Source: Aquabacterium sp. (GTDB lineage: Bacteria; Pseudomonadota; Gammaproteobacteria; Burkholderiales; Burkholderiaceae_C). Taken from it: 64,000 bases of DNA. The notes under the pieces were generated by a model, which saw only the letters and a program-made list of their open reading frames with translations, searched no databases and was not told the DNA's origin. Positions 29,995-39,617 of the stretch are shown here, one piece after another. Numbering within the stretch: the stretch's first letter is position 1; every line of letters starts with the position of its first letter. Where the stretch lies: NCBI RefSeq assembly GCF_044226965.1, contig NZ_JBGAGA010000021.1, forward strand, positions 21,044 through 85,043, in the 5' to 3' direction. A program made the translations under genes and the position numbers.

Positions 29995-31071
29995 TTACTC
30001 GGCTCCGCGCAGTTTGGGGTCCAGCGCGTCACGCCAGCCGTCGGCCATCAACGAGAACGCGGTGACGAACACCGCCATGAACACGGTGGCCGCGGCCAGC
30101 TGCCACCAGTAGCCGAGGATCAGCTCGGCCTGCGATTCGGCCAGCATCGTGCCCCAGCTGACCTGGTCGATCGGCACGCCCAGGCCCAGGTAGGACAGGA
30201 TCACCTCGCTCTTGATGAAGCCGACCACCAGCAGGCTCATGCGCACCAGGATCACGTGGCTGACGTTGGGCAGGATGTGGCGGAACATGCGCGAGCCCGA
30301 CGAGGCACCGATGGCCTCGGCGGCGCGCACGTACTCGCGCGTGGAATGCTTGATGAACTCGGCCCGCACCTGGCGGTACACCGTGGTCCAGCCGACCAGG
30401 CTGAGGATGATCACGATGGTCCAGATGCCGCGCGGGATGATCGCGTCGGCGCGGTTCAGCACCGCGGCCAGCGTGAAGATCAGCAGGATGTCGGGGATGG
30501 ACGTGAAGACGGTGTAGAGCCACTCGAGGAAGTCGCCGATCCTGCCGCCGAAGAAGCCGGCCAGCGCCCCCAGCAGGGTGCCGAACACCGCGGCCAGCAC
30601 GGCCGCCAGCAGGCCCACCGCCACCGACACCTGCGTGCCCTTGATGGCCTTGGACAGCACGTCGCGGCCCAGCCGGTCGCCGCCGAAGGGCAGCGTCTCG
30701 GCCTTCACCGTGTCGGTGGTCTTCAGCTTGGCGGCACGCTCGGCCCATTCCTTGTAGCGCGGCGCCAGCGGGTCGATCGAGCTCAGGTCGACGTTCGGGC
30801 CCTTGGGCGTGGCGATGGCGCCGGTGGCCTCGGGCGGCTTGGGGCCGATGAAGTGCGGCGGCGCATTGGCCACGCCCACTTCGCGGCCCCAGTCCTTGGC
30901 CACCAAGCCCAGGCCCGAGGCCAGGATCAGCAGCAGGAACGCGAACACGATGCACATCGACGTCAGCGCGACGCGGTCGCCCTTGAAGCGGCGCCACGCG
31001 GCATGCCACACGCCTTCGGAATGCACGATGGTGGCGGGCGCCGCCACCGGCGAATTCAGCACCGCGCTCAT
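29995..31071 (-). CDS. peptide-type ABC transporter permease (DppC/YejE-like, long N-terminal periplasmic loop)
   Basis: Track ORF trimmed to ATG at 31071 (MSAVLNSPVAAPATIVHSEGVWHAAWRRFKGDRVAL...). Its ATG overlaps the stop of the upstream permease (ATGA). It contains the EAA-like region REYVRAAEAIGAS. Confidence 0.9.
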   Translation of the reverse strand: MSAVLNSPVAAPATIVHSEGVWHAAWRRFKGDRVALTSMCIVFAFLLLILASGLGLVAKDWGREVGVANAPPHFIGPKPPEATGAIATPKGPNVDLSSIDPLAPRYKEWAERAAKLKTTDTVKAETLPFGGDRLGRDVLSKAIKGTQVSVAVGLLAAVLAAVFGTLLGALAGFFGGRIGDFLEWLYTVFTSIPDILLIFTLAAVLNRADAIIPRGIWTIVIILSLVGWTTVYRQVRAEFIKHSTREYVRAAEAIGASSGSRMFRHILPNVSHVILVRMSLLVVGFIKSEVILSYLGLGVPIDQVSWGTMLAESQAELILGYWWQLAAATVFMAVFVTAFSLMADGWRDALDPKLRGAE

Positions 31072-32006
31072 TTGAGAACCACCCGGGGATCGACGACCTT
31101 GTAGAGGATGTCGGTGCCGAGGTTGATGAACATCGTCAGCACCGCCAGGTACACCGTGGTGGCCTGGATCACCGGATAGTCGCTGCGGTTCACCGCCAGC
31201 AGCACCTCGCGGCCGAGGCCGGGGATCGAGAAGAACACCTCGATCAGGAACGAGCCGACGAAGATGCCCGGCAGCGCCAGGCCGACGTTGGTGAGGATCG
31301 GGATCATCGCGTTGCGCAGCACGTGCTTGAACAGCACCGTGCCTTCCTGCAGGCCCTTGGCGCGCGCGGTGCGCACGTAGTCGTGGCCGAGTTCGTCGAG
31401 GAAGAAGCTGCGGTACAGCCGCGTCTGCGGCGACACGCCCACCAGCACCGCCAGCAGCACCGGCAGCGGCGTGTAGGTGGTGAGGTTGGTCCAGGTCGAA
31501 TCGCTCCAGCCCTGCACCGGGAACCAGCCGAGCTGGAAGCCGAACACATACTGGCCGACGATGATGTAGACCAGGAAGCTGATCGACAGCGCGACGGTGG
31601 TGACGATCATCAGCAAACGGTCGGTCAGCGAGCCGCGCACGTAGGCCACGCCCAGCGCGATCGGGATCGCCAGCAGCGTGTCCAGCAGCAGGATCGGGAT
31701 CATCACCGTCAGCGTGGCCGGCAGCCGGGTGGCGAACAGGTGGCTCACCGCCTCGTTGGTGGCCCAGCTCTTGCCCCAGTCGAAGGTGGCGATCTGCTTC
31801 AGGAAGATGCCCAGCTGCACGTACCAGGGCTCGTTCAGGCCCAGCTGCTGGCGGATGGCATTGACCTGGTCGGCCGTGGCGTTGAGGCCACCGAGGATTT
31901 CGGCCGGGTCGCCGCCGAAGAAATGGAAGAGCACGAACACCAGCAGCACCACGCCGATCAGCGTCGGAATCATTTGCCACAGGCGTCGTATCAGGTAGGC
32001 CACCAT
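31068..32006 (-). CDS. peptide-type ABC transporter permease (DppB/OppB-like)
   Basis: Track ORF trimmed to ATG at 32006 (MVAYLIRRLWQMIPTLIGVVLLVFVLFHFFGGDP...). It contains DYVRTARAKGL. Confidence 0.9.
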   Translation of the reverse strand: MVAYLIRRLWQMIPTLIGVVLLVFVLFHFFGGDPAEILGGLNATADQVNAIRQQLGLNEPWYVQLGIFLKQIATFDWGKSWATNEAVSHLFATRLPATLTVMIPILLLDTLLAIPIALGVAYVRGSLTDRLLMIVTTVALSISFLVYIIVGQYVFGFQLGWFPVQGWSDSTWTNLTTYTPLPVLLAVLVGVSPQTRLYRSFFLDELGHDYVRTARAKGLQEGTVLFKHVLRNAMIPILTNVGLALPGIFVGSFLIEVFFSIPGLGREVLLAVNRSDYPVIQATTVYLAVLTMFINLGTDILYKVVDPRVVLK

Positions 32007-32233
32007 GACGCGCGGAACTCCATGCACGGGCCGCCGACGCTCGTGGCGCGGCCGCCCCAATTTCGGGATGCGCGAGTGTAGGACCCCCACACTGGCGCGC
32101 TCCCCTATCGCAAACCCCGTGCCGGGGGTACTCCGGCAGCAGGGGAAGCGGCCCTTAGACTCGGCACTTCGCCAACTGCTGTTCCTGGCGCACCCGGCCA
32201 CCACCCCGAGCCGGCGCTGCCCAAAAAGCCCTG

Positions 32234-34078
32234 ATGAGCCGACCCCTGCTCCTGGCGCTGACCACGAGTCTGCTGCTGTGCCTGCCGCTGCGCCTGCAGC
32301 CGGCGCTGGCCAATGCGCCGGCCTCCCCCCCCGCGGCCAGCGGCGTGAAGACACTGCGCTACGCCTTCCGCGTGGCCGAGACCTCGTTCGACCCGATCCA
32401 GGTCACCGACCTGTATTCGCGCACCGTGGTCGGCAACATCTTCGAGGCGCCGCTCGAATTCGCGCTGATGGCGCGACCCTTCCAGGTGCGGCCCAACACC
32501 GCGGCGGCGATGCCCGAGGTGTCGGCCGATTTCAAGACCATCACGCTCCGGCTCAAGCCCGGCATCCACTTCGCCGACGACCCCGCGTTCAAGGGCCGCA
32601 AGCGCGAGCTGACCGCGGCCGACTACGTCTACAGCATCAAGCGCCACTACGACCCGCGCTGGAAGAGCGGCAACCTCTACGTGATGGAGAACGCGCGCAT
32701 CCTCGGCCTGTCCGAGCTGCGGCAGAAGCTGCTGCGCGAGAACAAGCCTTTCGACTACGACACCGAGGTCGAAGGCCTGAAGGCGCTGGACCGCTACACG
32801 CTGCAGTTCCGCTTCGCCGAACCGCAGCCGCGCTTCCTGTACCTGCTGGGCGACAGCGCGCTGTTCCCGGCCATGGCGCGCGAGGTGTGCGAGGCCTATG
32901 GCGACAAGATCGGCGCCCACCCGGTGGGCACCGGGCCGTACCGGCTGGCGCAATGGGTGCGCTCGTCGAAGATCGTGCTCGACCGCAACCCCGGCTACCG
33001 CGAGGTGCTGTACGACGAGCAGCCGCCGCCGGACGATGCGCGGCTGCAGGCGATCGCGCAGCGCTATCAAGGCCGGCGCCTGCCGCTGAACGACCGCGTC
33101 GAGGTCTCGATCATCGAGGAGAACCAGCCGCGCTGGCTGGCCTTCCTGAACGCCGAGCACGACCTGCTCGAAGAGGTGCCGGTCGATTTCGCGCCGCAGG
33201 TGCTGCCGAACAACCAGCTCGCGCCGCACCTGGCCAGGCGCGGCATCGGCATGGAGCGCTACCTGCGCGCCGACATCTCGGCCTCGTACTTCGCGATGGA
33301 GCATCCGGTGGTCGGCGGCTACACGCCCGAGCGCGTGGCGCTGCGCCGCGCCATCGCGCTGGCGGTGGACGTGGACCGCGAGATCCGCCTGGTGCGGCGC
33401 GGCCAGGCGATTCCGGCGCAATCGACCGTCGGCCCCAACACCTGGGGCTACGACCCGGCGTTCAAGAGCGAGATGAGCGAGTTCGACCGCGCCAAGGCAC
33501 GCGCGCTGCTGGACATGCACGGCTACGTCGACCGCAATGGCGACGGCTGGCGCGAGCAGCCCGACGGCACGCCGCTGGTGCTGGAATACGCCTCGCAGCC
33601 CGACCAGGAACGCAAGCAGCTGGCCGAGCACTGGAAGGCCAACATGGACGCCATCGGCATCCGCATCGTCTTCAAGCTGGCCAAGTGGCCCGAGCAGCTG
33701 AAGGCCTCGCGCGCGGGCAAGCTGATGATGTGGGGCGTGGGCTGGTCGGCCACCGTGCCCGATGCCGATGCCTTCCTCGAACTCGGCTACGGCCCGAACA
33801 AGGGCCAGGCCAACCATGCGCGCTTCGACCTCCCGTCCTATAACGCGTTACATGATCGTCAACGTGCGCTGCCCGACGGCCCCGAGCGCGCCGCGCTGAT
33901 CGAGCAGCAGAAGAAGCTGATGGTGGCCTACATGCCCTACAAGGCGCATGTGCACCGCGTGTTCACCGACCTGACCCAGCCCTGGGTGCAGGGCTACCAC
34001 CGCAACGTGTTCGCGCGCAACAGCTGGAAGTACGTGGACATCGACCTGGCCGAGCTGCAGCGGCGGAGCGCCCAATGA
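32234..34078 (+). CDS. ABC transporter substrate-binding protein, family 5, ~600-aa class (paralog 1, clade A)
   Basis: Sec-type signal MSRPLLLALTTSLLLCLPLRLQPALA, then KTLRYAFRVAETSFDPIQVTDLYSRTV...RELTAADYVYSIKRHYDPRW...KPFDYDTEVEGLKALDRYTL. Confidence 0.9.
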   Translation: MSRPLLLALTTSLLLCLPLRLQPALANAPASPPAASGVKTLRYAFRVAETSFDPIQVTDLYSRTVVGNIFEAPLEFALMARPFQVRPNTAAAMPEVSADFKTITLRLKPGIHFADDPAFKGRKRELTAADYVYSIKRHYDPRWKSGNLYVMENARILGLSELRQKLLRENKPFDYDTEVEGLKALDRYTLQFRFAEPQPRFLYLLGDSALFPAMAREVCEAYGDKIGAHPVGTGPYRLAQWVRSSKIVLDRNPGYREVLYDEQPPPDDARLQAIAQRYQGRRLPLNDRVEVSIIEENQPRWLAFLNAEHDLLEEVPVDFAPQVLPNNQLAPHLARRGIGMERYLRADISASYFAMEHPVVGGYTPERVALRRAIALAVDVDREIRLVRRGQAIPAQSTVGPNTWGYDPAFKSEMSEFDRAKARALLDMHGYVDRNGDGWREQPDGTPLVLEYASQPDQERKQLAEHWKANMDAIGIRIVFKLAKWPEQLKASRAGKLMMWGVGWSATVPDADAFLELGYGPNKGQANHARFDLPSYNALHDRQRALPDGPERAALIEQQKKLMVAYMPYKAHVHRVFTDLTQPWVQGYHRNVFARNSWKYVDIDLAELQRRSAQ

Positions 34079-35904
34079 AGCGGCGCGCCGTCTCCGGCCT
34101 GGCCGCGGCGATGCTGGCCGCGCCGCTGCTGCCCGTGCGCGCGGCCGAGGCCGGGCGCAGGAAGGTGCTGAACATCGCGTTCGCGGCGGCGGAGACCAGC
34201 CTCGACCCGGTCAAGATCAACGACAACTACTCGCGCACCGTCACGCCGCACATCTTCGAGGGCCTGTACCGCTTCGACCACCTGGCCCGGCCGGTGAAGA
34301 TCCGCCCGCTGCTGGCCGAGGGCATGCCCGAGGTCTCGGCCGACTTCCGGGTCTGGACCGTCCGGCTGCGGCGCGGCGTGTACTTTGCCGACGATCCCGC
34401 CTTCCAGGGCCGGCGCCGCGAGCTGGTGGCGCAGGACTTCGTCTACGCGTTCAAGCGCGCCTTCGACCCCGCCAACAAGAGCCCCTTCGTCGGCGGCATG
34501 ATCGCGCAGGGCTTCGTCGGCCTGAACGCGCTGCGCGACGAGGCGATCCGCGAGAAGAAACCGTTCGACTACGAGCGCCCGGTCGAAGGCCTGCAGGCGC
34601 TGGACCGCCACACCCTGCGCTTCGTCGTCGAGCAGCCGCGCCCGCGCCTGCTGGACATCCTGGCCTGGTCCGACCAGCTCGGCGCGGTGGCGCGCGAGGT
34701 GGTCGAGTTCTACGGCGACCAGATCGACGCGCACCCGGTGGGCACCGGCCCGTTCCGGCTGAAGCAGTGGCGCCGGTCCTCGCTGATCGTGCTGGAGCGC
34801 AACCCGCAGTTCCGCGAGGAGTTCTACGACGAGCAGCCCGCGCCCGACGACGCCGAGGGCCAGGCCATCCTGGCGAAGCTCAAGGGCAGGCGCCTGCCGA
34901 TGGTCGACGAGGTGCGCATCTCGATCATCGACGAGAGCCAGCCGCGCTGGCTGGCCTTCCTGAACGGCGACAACGACCTGATCGCCTCGCGCGCGAACGC
35001 GGTGCCGACCGACTACTTCGCCACCGCGATGCCCAACGGCAAACTGGCGCCGAACCTGGCCAAGCGCGGCATCCAGGCCTGGCGCATCGTCAACCCCGAC
35101 ACCGGGCTGACGCTGTTCAACATGGACAACCCGATGGTCGGCGGCTACACGCCCGAGAAGGTGGCGCTGCGCCGCGCGATTTCGCTGGCCTACGACAACG
35201 CGCGCGAGATCCGCCTGCTGCGCCGCGGCGGCGCGATCCCCGCGCAATCGCCGATCGTGCCGCACACCAGCGGCTACGACCCGGCCTTCAAGAGCGAGAT
35301 GAGCGACTACGACCCGGCCCGCGCCAAGGCGCTGCTGGACCTGTACGGCTATGTCGACCGCGACGGCGATGGCTGGCGCGAGCAGCCCGACGGCTCGCCG
35401 CTGCTGCTGGAAATGGCCACCCAGCCCGAGCAGCGCAACCGCGACTTCGATGCGCTGTGGAAGAAGTGCCTCGATGCGGTGGGCATCCGCATCCGCTTCG
35501 TCACCGGCCAGTGGCCGGAGAACCTGAAGGCCGCGCGCGCCGGCAGGCTGATGATGTGGACCCTGGGCTCCTCGGCCGACACCGCCGACGGCCAGGGCAG
35601 CCTGGCACGGCTGTACGGCCCCGAGATCGGCAGCCAGAACATGGCGCGCTTCAAGCTGCCGGCCTTCGACGCCCTGTACGACCGCATGAAGGCCCTGCCT
35701 GACGGCCCCGAGCGCGACGCGCTGTACCTGGAGGCCAAGCGCCTTGCGGTGGCCTACATGCCGTGGAAATTCCACGTCCACCGCATCGAGGTGGACCTGG
35801 CCCATCCCTGGGTCATCGGCTACCGCCGCACCGTGTTCTGGAACCAGTGGTGGCACCTGATCGACATCGACACCGCGCAGCAACCTGCGCCACGACACGC
35901 ATGA
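34075..35904 (+). CDS. ABC transporter substrate-binding protein, family 5 (paralog 2, clade B)
   Basis: Its ATG overlaps the stop of paralog 1 (ATGA at 34075). It reads KVLNIAFAAAETSLDPVKINDNYSRTV...RELVAQDFVYAFKRAFDPANKS...VVEFYGDQIDAHPVGTGPFRLKQWRR. Confidence 0.9.
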   Translation: MKRRAVSGLAAAMLAAPLLPVRAAEAGRRKVLNIAFAAAETSLDPVKINDNYSRTVTPHIFEGLYRFDHLARPVKIRPLLAEGMPEVSADFRVWTVRLRRGVYFADDPAFQGRRRELVAQDFVYAFKRAFDPANKSPFVGGMIAQGFVGLNALRDEAIREKKPFDYERPVEGLQALDRHTLRFVVEQPRPRLLDILAWSDQLGAVAREVVEFYGDQIDAHPVGTGPFRLKQWRRSSLIVLERNPQFREEFYDEQPAPDDAEGQAILAKLKGRRLPMVDEVRISIIDESQPRWLAFLNGDNDLIASRANAVPTDYFATAMPNGKLAPNLAKRGIQAWRIVNPDTGLTLFNMDNPMVGGYTPEKVALRRAISLAYDNAREIRLLRRGGAIPAQSPIVPHTSGYDPAFKSEMSDYDPARAKALLDLYGYVDRDGDGWREQPDGSPLLLEMATQPEQRNRDFDALWKKCLDAVGIRIRFVTGQWPENLKAARAGRLMMWTLGSSADTADGQGSLARLYGPEIGSQNMARFKLPAFDALYDRMKALPDGPERDALYLEAKRLAVAYMPWKFHVHRIEVDLAHPWVIGYRRTVFWNQWWHLIDIDTAQQPAPRHA

Positions 35905-37709
35905 ACGCCCTGCTCCGACTGCTCCTCCTGTGCATCGCCGCCGCCCTGCCGCTGGCGGCCACGGCCGACGAACCGAAGAAGGTGCTGCGCGTGGCCTTCA
36001 GTTCGGCCGAGACCGGGTTCGATCCGGTCAAGCTCAACGACCTGTACTCGCGCGCCATCACCGCGCACATCTTCGAGGCGCTGTACCAGTACGACCCGCT
36101 GGCGCGGCCGACGAAGATCCGGCCGCTGCTGGCCGACGGCATGCCCGTGTCCTCGCCCGACTTCAAGGTCTGGACGATCAAGGTCAGGCGCGGCATCTAC
36201 TTCGCCGACGACCCCGCCTTCAAGGGCAGGAAGCGCGAGGTGACGGCGCAGGACTTCGTCTACGTCTTCAAGCGCGTGTTCGACCCGGCCAACAAGAGCG
36301 CCGGCCTGGGCGAGCTGGACTCGGTGGGCTTCGTCGGCCTGATGGCGCAGTACCAGGAGGCGGTGAAGACCCGCAAGCCCTTCGACTACGACCGCGAGGT
36401 CGAAGGCATCAAGGCGCTGGACCGCTACACGCTGCGCATCACGCTGGAAGCACCGCGGCCACGTCTGCTGGAAGTCCTGGCGCAGTCGGACCTGTACGGC
36501 GCCATGGCGCGCGAGGTGGTCGAGTTCTACGGCGACCAGATCGACGCGCACCCGGTGGGCACCGGCCCGTTCCGGCTGAAGCAGTGGCGCCGCTCGTCGC
36601 TGATCGTGCTGGAGCGCAACCCCGACTACCGCGAGGAGCACTACACGGCCGAGCCCGCGGCCGACGATGCCGAAGGCCAGGCCATCCTGGCCCGGCTCAA
36701 GGGCAAGCGCATGCCCTTGATCGACGAGGTGCAGGTCTCGATCATCAACGAAAGCCAGCCGCGCTGGCTGGCCTTCCTGAACGGCCAGATCGACGCGCTG
36801 GCGACCCAGACCGGCGCGGTGCCCATCGAGTTCGTCAACATCGCGATGCCCGGCGGCCACCTCGCCCCCAACCTGGCCCGGCGCGGCATCCAGGGCTGGC
36901 AGGTGGTGAACCCGGACGCCGGCGTCTCGTTCTTCAACATGGAGAACCCGGTCGTCGGCGGCTACACGCCCGAGAAGGTGGCGCTGCGCCGCGCCATCTC
37001 GCTGGCCTACGACGTGCAGCGCGAGATCCGCGTCGTGCGCCGCGGCATCGGCGTGCCGGCGCAGTCGATGCTGGTGCCGCACACCAGCGGCTACGACCCG
37101 GCGTTCAAGAGCGAGATGGGCGACTACGACCCGGCGCGCGCCAAGGCGCTGCTGGACCTGTACGGCTACGTCGACCGCGACGGCGACGGCTGGCGCGAGC
37201 AGCCCGACGGCTCGCCGCTGGTGCTGGAGATGACCACGCAGCCGGAACAGCGCAACCGCGACTTCGACCTGGTGTGGAAGAAGTGCATGGACGCGATCGG
37301 CATCCGCATCCGCTTCATCACCGGCCAGTGGCCGGAGAACCTGAAGTCGGCCCGCGCCGGCAAGCTGATGATGTGGCAGCTCGGCGGCTCGGCCGACAAG
37401 CCCGACGGCCAGGGCTCGCTGGCGCGCTACTACGGGCCCGAAGCCGGTGCGCAGAACCTGGCGCGCTTCAAGCTCGAGGCCTTCGACAAGCTGTACGACC
37501 AGCTGCAGGCGCTGCCCGACGGGCCCGAGCGCGACAAGCTGTTCCTCGAAGCCAAGCGCCTGACCACCGCCTACATGCCCTGGAAGGCGCATGTGCACCG
37601 GGTCGAGATCGACCTGGTGCAGCCCTGGGTCGTCGGCTACCGGCGCCCGCTGTTCTGGACCGAATGGTTCCAGTACGTCGACATCGACCCGAGCAAGCGG
37701 CCAAACTGA
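35901..37709 (+). CDS. ABC transporter substrate-binding protein, family 5 (paralog 3, clade B)
   Basis: Track ORF 35763..37709 trimmed to ATG at 35901, which overlaps the stop of paralog 2 (ATGA). The signal peptide is MNALLRLLLLCIAAALPLAATA. Motifs are as in paralog 2. Confidence 0.9.
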   Translation: MNALLRLLLLCIAAALPLAATADEPKKVLRVAFSSAETGFDPVKLNDLYSRAITAHIFEALYQYDPLARPTKIRPLLADGMPVSSPDFKVWTIKVRRGIYFADDPAFKGRKREVTAQDFVYVFKRVFDPANKSAGLGELDSVGFVGLMAQYQEAVKTRKPFDYDREVEGIKALDRYTLRITLEAPRPRLLEVLAQSDLYGAMAREVVEFYGDQIDAHPVGTGPFRLKQWRRSSLIVLERNPDYREEHYTAEPAADDAEGQAILARLKGKRMPLIDEVQVSIINESQPRWLAFLNGQIDALATQTGAVPIEFVNIAMPGGHLAPNLARRGIQGWQVVNPDAGVSFFNMENPVVGGYTPEKVALRRAISLAYDVQREIRVVRRGIGVPAQSMLVPHTSGYDPAFKSEMGDYDPARAKALLDLYGYVDRDGDGWREQPDGSPLVLEMTTQPEQRNRDFDLVWKKCMDAIGIRIRFITGQWPENLKSARAGKLMMWQLGGSADKPDGQGSLARYYGPEAGAQNLARFKLEAFDKLYDQLQALPDGPERDKLFLEAKRLTTAYMPWKAHVHRVEIDLVQPWVVGYRRPLFWTEWFQYVDIDPSKRPN

Positions 37710-37722
37710 GCGTCCACCCACA

Positions 37723-39549
37723 ATGCCCTCCCTGCCCCTCACCCGCCGCCGCGTTGGCCAGTTCGCCGGCGCCTGGGCGCTGGCCGCGCCGCTGACGGGC
37801 GTGCGCGCCGAAGGCGGCCGCAAGGTGCTGCGCTTCGCGTTCAGTTCGGCCGAATCCAGCTTCGACCCCATCAAGGTCAACGACCTGTACTCGCGCACGA
37901 TCACGCCGCACATCTTCGAGGGCCTGTACCACTACGACCACCTGGCGCGGCCGGCGAAGATCAAGCCGCAGCTGGCCGAGGGCATGCCCGAGGTCTCGGC
38001 CGACTTCCGGGTGTGGACGGTCCGGCTCAAGCGCGGCGTCTTCTTCGCCGACGACCCCGCGTTCAAGGGCCAGAAGCGCGAGCTGGTGGCGCAGGACTTC
38101 GTCTACAGCTTCAAGCGCGTGTTCGACCCCGCGAACAAGAGCCCGATCGTCGGGGGCATGATCACCGTCGGCCTCACCGGCCTGAACGCGCTGCGCGAGG
38201 AAGCCATCGCCAGGAAGATCCCGTTCGACTACGGGCGCGAGGTGGAGGGCATCCGCGCGCTGGACCGCTACACGCTGCGCATCACGCTGGACCAGCCGCG
38301 CCCGCGCCTGCTGGAAACGCTGGCCCAGCCCGACCTGCTGGGCGCGGTGGCGCGCGAGGTGGTCGAGTTCTACGGCGACAAGATCGACGCGCACCCGGTG
38401 GGCACCGGCCCGTTCCGGCTCAAGCAGTGGCGCCGCGGCTCGCTGATCGTGCTGGAGCGCAGCCCCGACTACCGCGAGGTGCTGTACGACGCCGAGCCGG
38501 CGACCGACGATGCCGAGGGCCAGGCGCTGCTGGCGCGCTTCAAGGGCCGCCGTCTGCCGCTGATCGACGAGGTGCAGGTCTCGATCATCCTGGAGAACCA
38601 GCCGCGCTGGCTGTCCTTCCTGAACGGCCAGATCGACATGCTGGCCACGCTGGCGAACGCGGTGCCCAGCGAGTACATCAACCAGGCCATGCCCAACGGC
38701 AAGCTGGCGCCGAACCTGGCCAGGCGCGGCATCGTCGGCCGGCGCCAGGTCAATTCCGACAACGCGCTGACCATGTTCAACATGGAAGACCCGGTCGTCG
38801 GCGGCTACACGCCCGAGAAGGTGGCGCTGCGCCGCGCGATGTCGCTGGGCTACGACGTGCAGCGCGAGATCCTGGTCTACTGGCGCGGCGCGGCCATTCC
38901 CGCGCAGTCGCCGATCGTGCCGCACACCAGCGGTTACGACCCGGCCTTCAAGAGCGAGATGAGCGACTACGACCCGGCCCGCGCCAAGGCGCTGCTGGAC
39001 CTGTACGGCTATGTCGACCGCGATGGCGACGGCTGGCGCGAGCGCCCCGACGGCTCGCCGCTGCTGATCGAGATGACCACCCAGCCCGAGCAGCGCTTCC
39101 GCACCTTTGACGAGTTATGGAAGAAGGCGCTCGACGCGCTGGGCATCCGCGTCAAGTTCATCATCGGCCAGTGGCCGGAGAACCTGAAGGCCGCGCGTGC
39201 CGGCAAGCTGATGATGTGGCAGCTGTCCTCGTCGGCCGCGGGGCTGGATGGGCAGAGCGCGCTGGCACGCCTGTACGGCCCCGAAGCCGGCAGCCAGAAC
39301 ATGCCGCGCTTCAAGCTGGCTGCCTTCGACCGCCTGTACGAGCGCATGCAGGCGCTGCCCGACGGCCCCGAGCGCGACGCGCTGTTCCTCGAGGCCAAGC
39401 GCATCGCCGCCACCTACCTGCCGTGGAAGAACCGCATCCACCGCATCGATGCCGACCTGATGTGGCCCTGGGTCGTCGGCTACCGCCGGCCGCTGTTCTG
39501 GCAGGACTGGTGGCAGTACATCGACATCGACGACACGAAGAGGGCATGA
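37723..39549 (+). CDS. ABC transporter substrate-binding protein, family 5 (paralog 4, clade B)
   Basis: Track ORF 37591..39549 trimmed to ATG at 37723, 13 nt after the stop of paralog 3. It begins MPSLPLTRRRVGQFAGAWALAAPLTGVRA, a twin-Arg-like signal. Motifs are as in paralogs 2 and 3. Confidence 0.9.
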   Translation: MPSLPLTRRRVGQFAGAWALAAPLTGVRAEGGRKVLRFAFSSAESSFDPIKVNDLYSRTITPHIFEGLYHYDHLARPAKIKPQLAEGMPEVSADFRVWTVRLKRGVFFADDPAFKGQKRELVAQDFVYSFKRVFDPANKSPIVGGMITVGLTGLNALREEAIARKIPFDYGREVEGIRALDRYTLRITLDQPRPRLLETLAQPDLLGAVAREVVEFYGDKIDAHPVGTGPFRLKQWRRGSLIVLERSPDYREVLYDAEPATDDAEGQALLARFKGRRLPLIDEVQVSIILENQPRWLSFLNGQIDMLATLANAVPSEYINQAMPNGKLAPNLARRGIVGRRQVNSDNALTMFNMEDPVVGGYTPEKVALRRAMSLGYDVQREILVYWRGAAIPAQSPIVPHTSGYDPAFKSEMSDYDPARAKALLDLYGYVDRDGDGWRERPDGSPLLIEMTTQPEQRFRTFDELWKKALDALGIRVKFIIGQWPENLKAARAGKLMMWQLSSSAAGLDGQSALARLYGPEAGSQNMPRFKLAAFDRLYERMQALPDGPERDALFLEAKRIAATYLPWKNRIHRIDADLMWPWVVGYRRPLFWQDWWQYIDIDDTKRA

Positions 39550-39617
39550 GCCCGCCCGGCCGCCCGAAGGGCGAATTCCCTCCTGGAGGGACGGCGCGCA
39601 GCGCCAAGGGTGCACCA

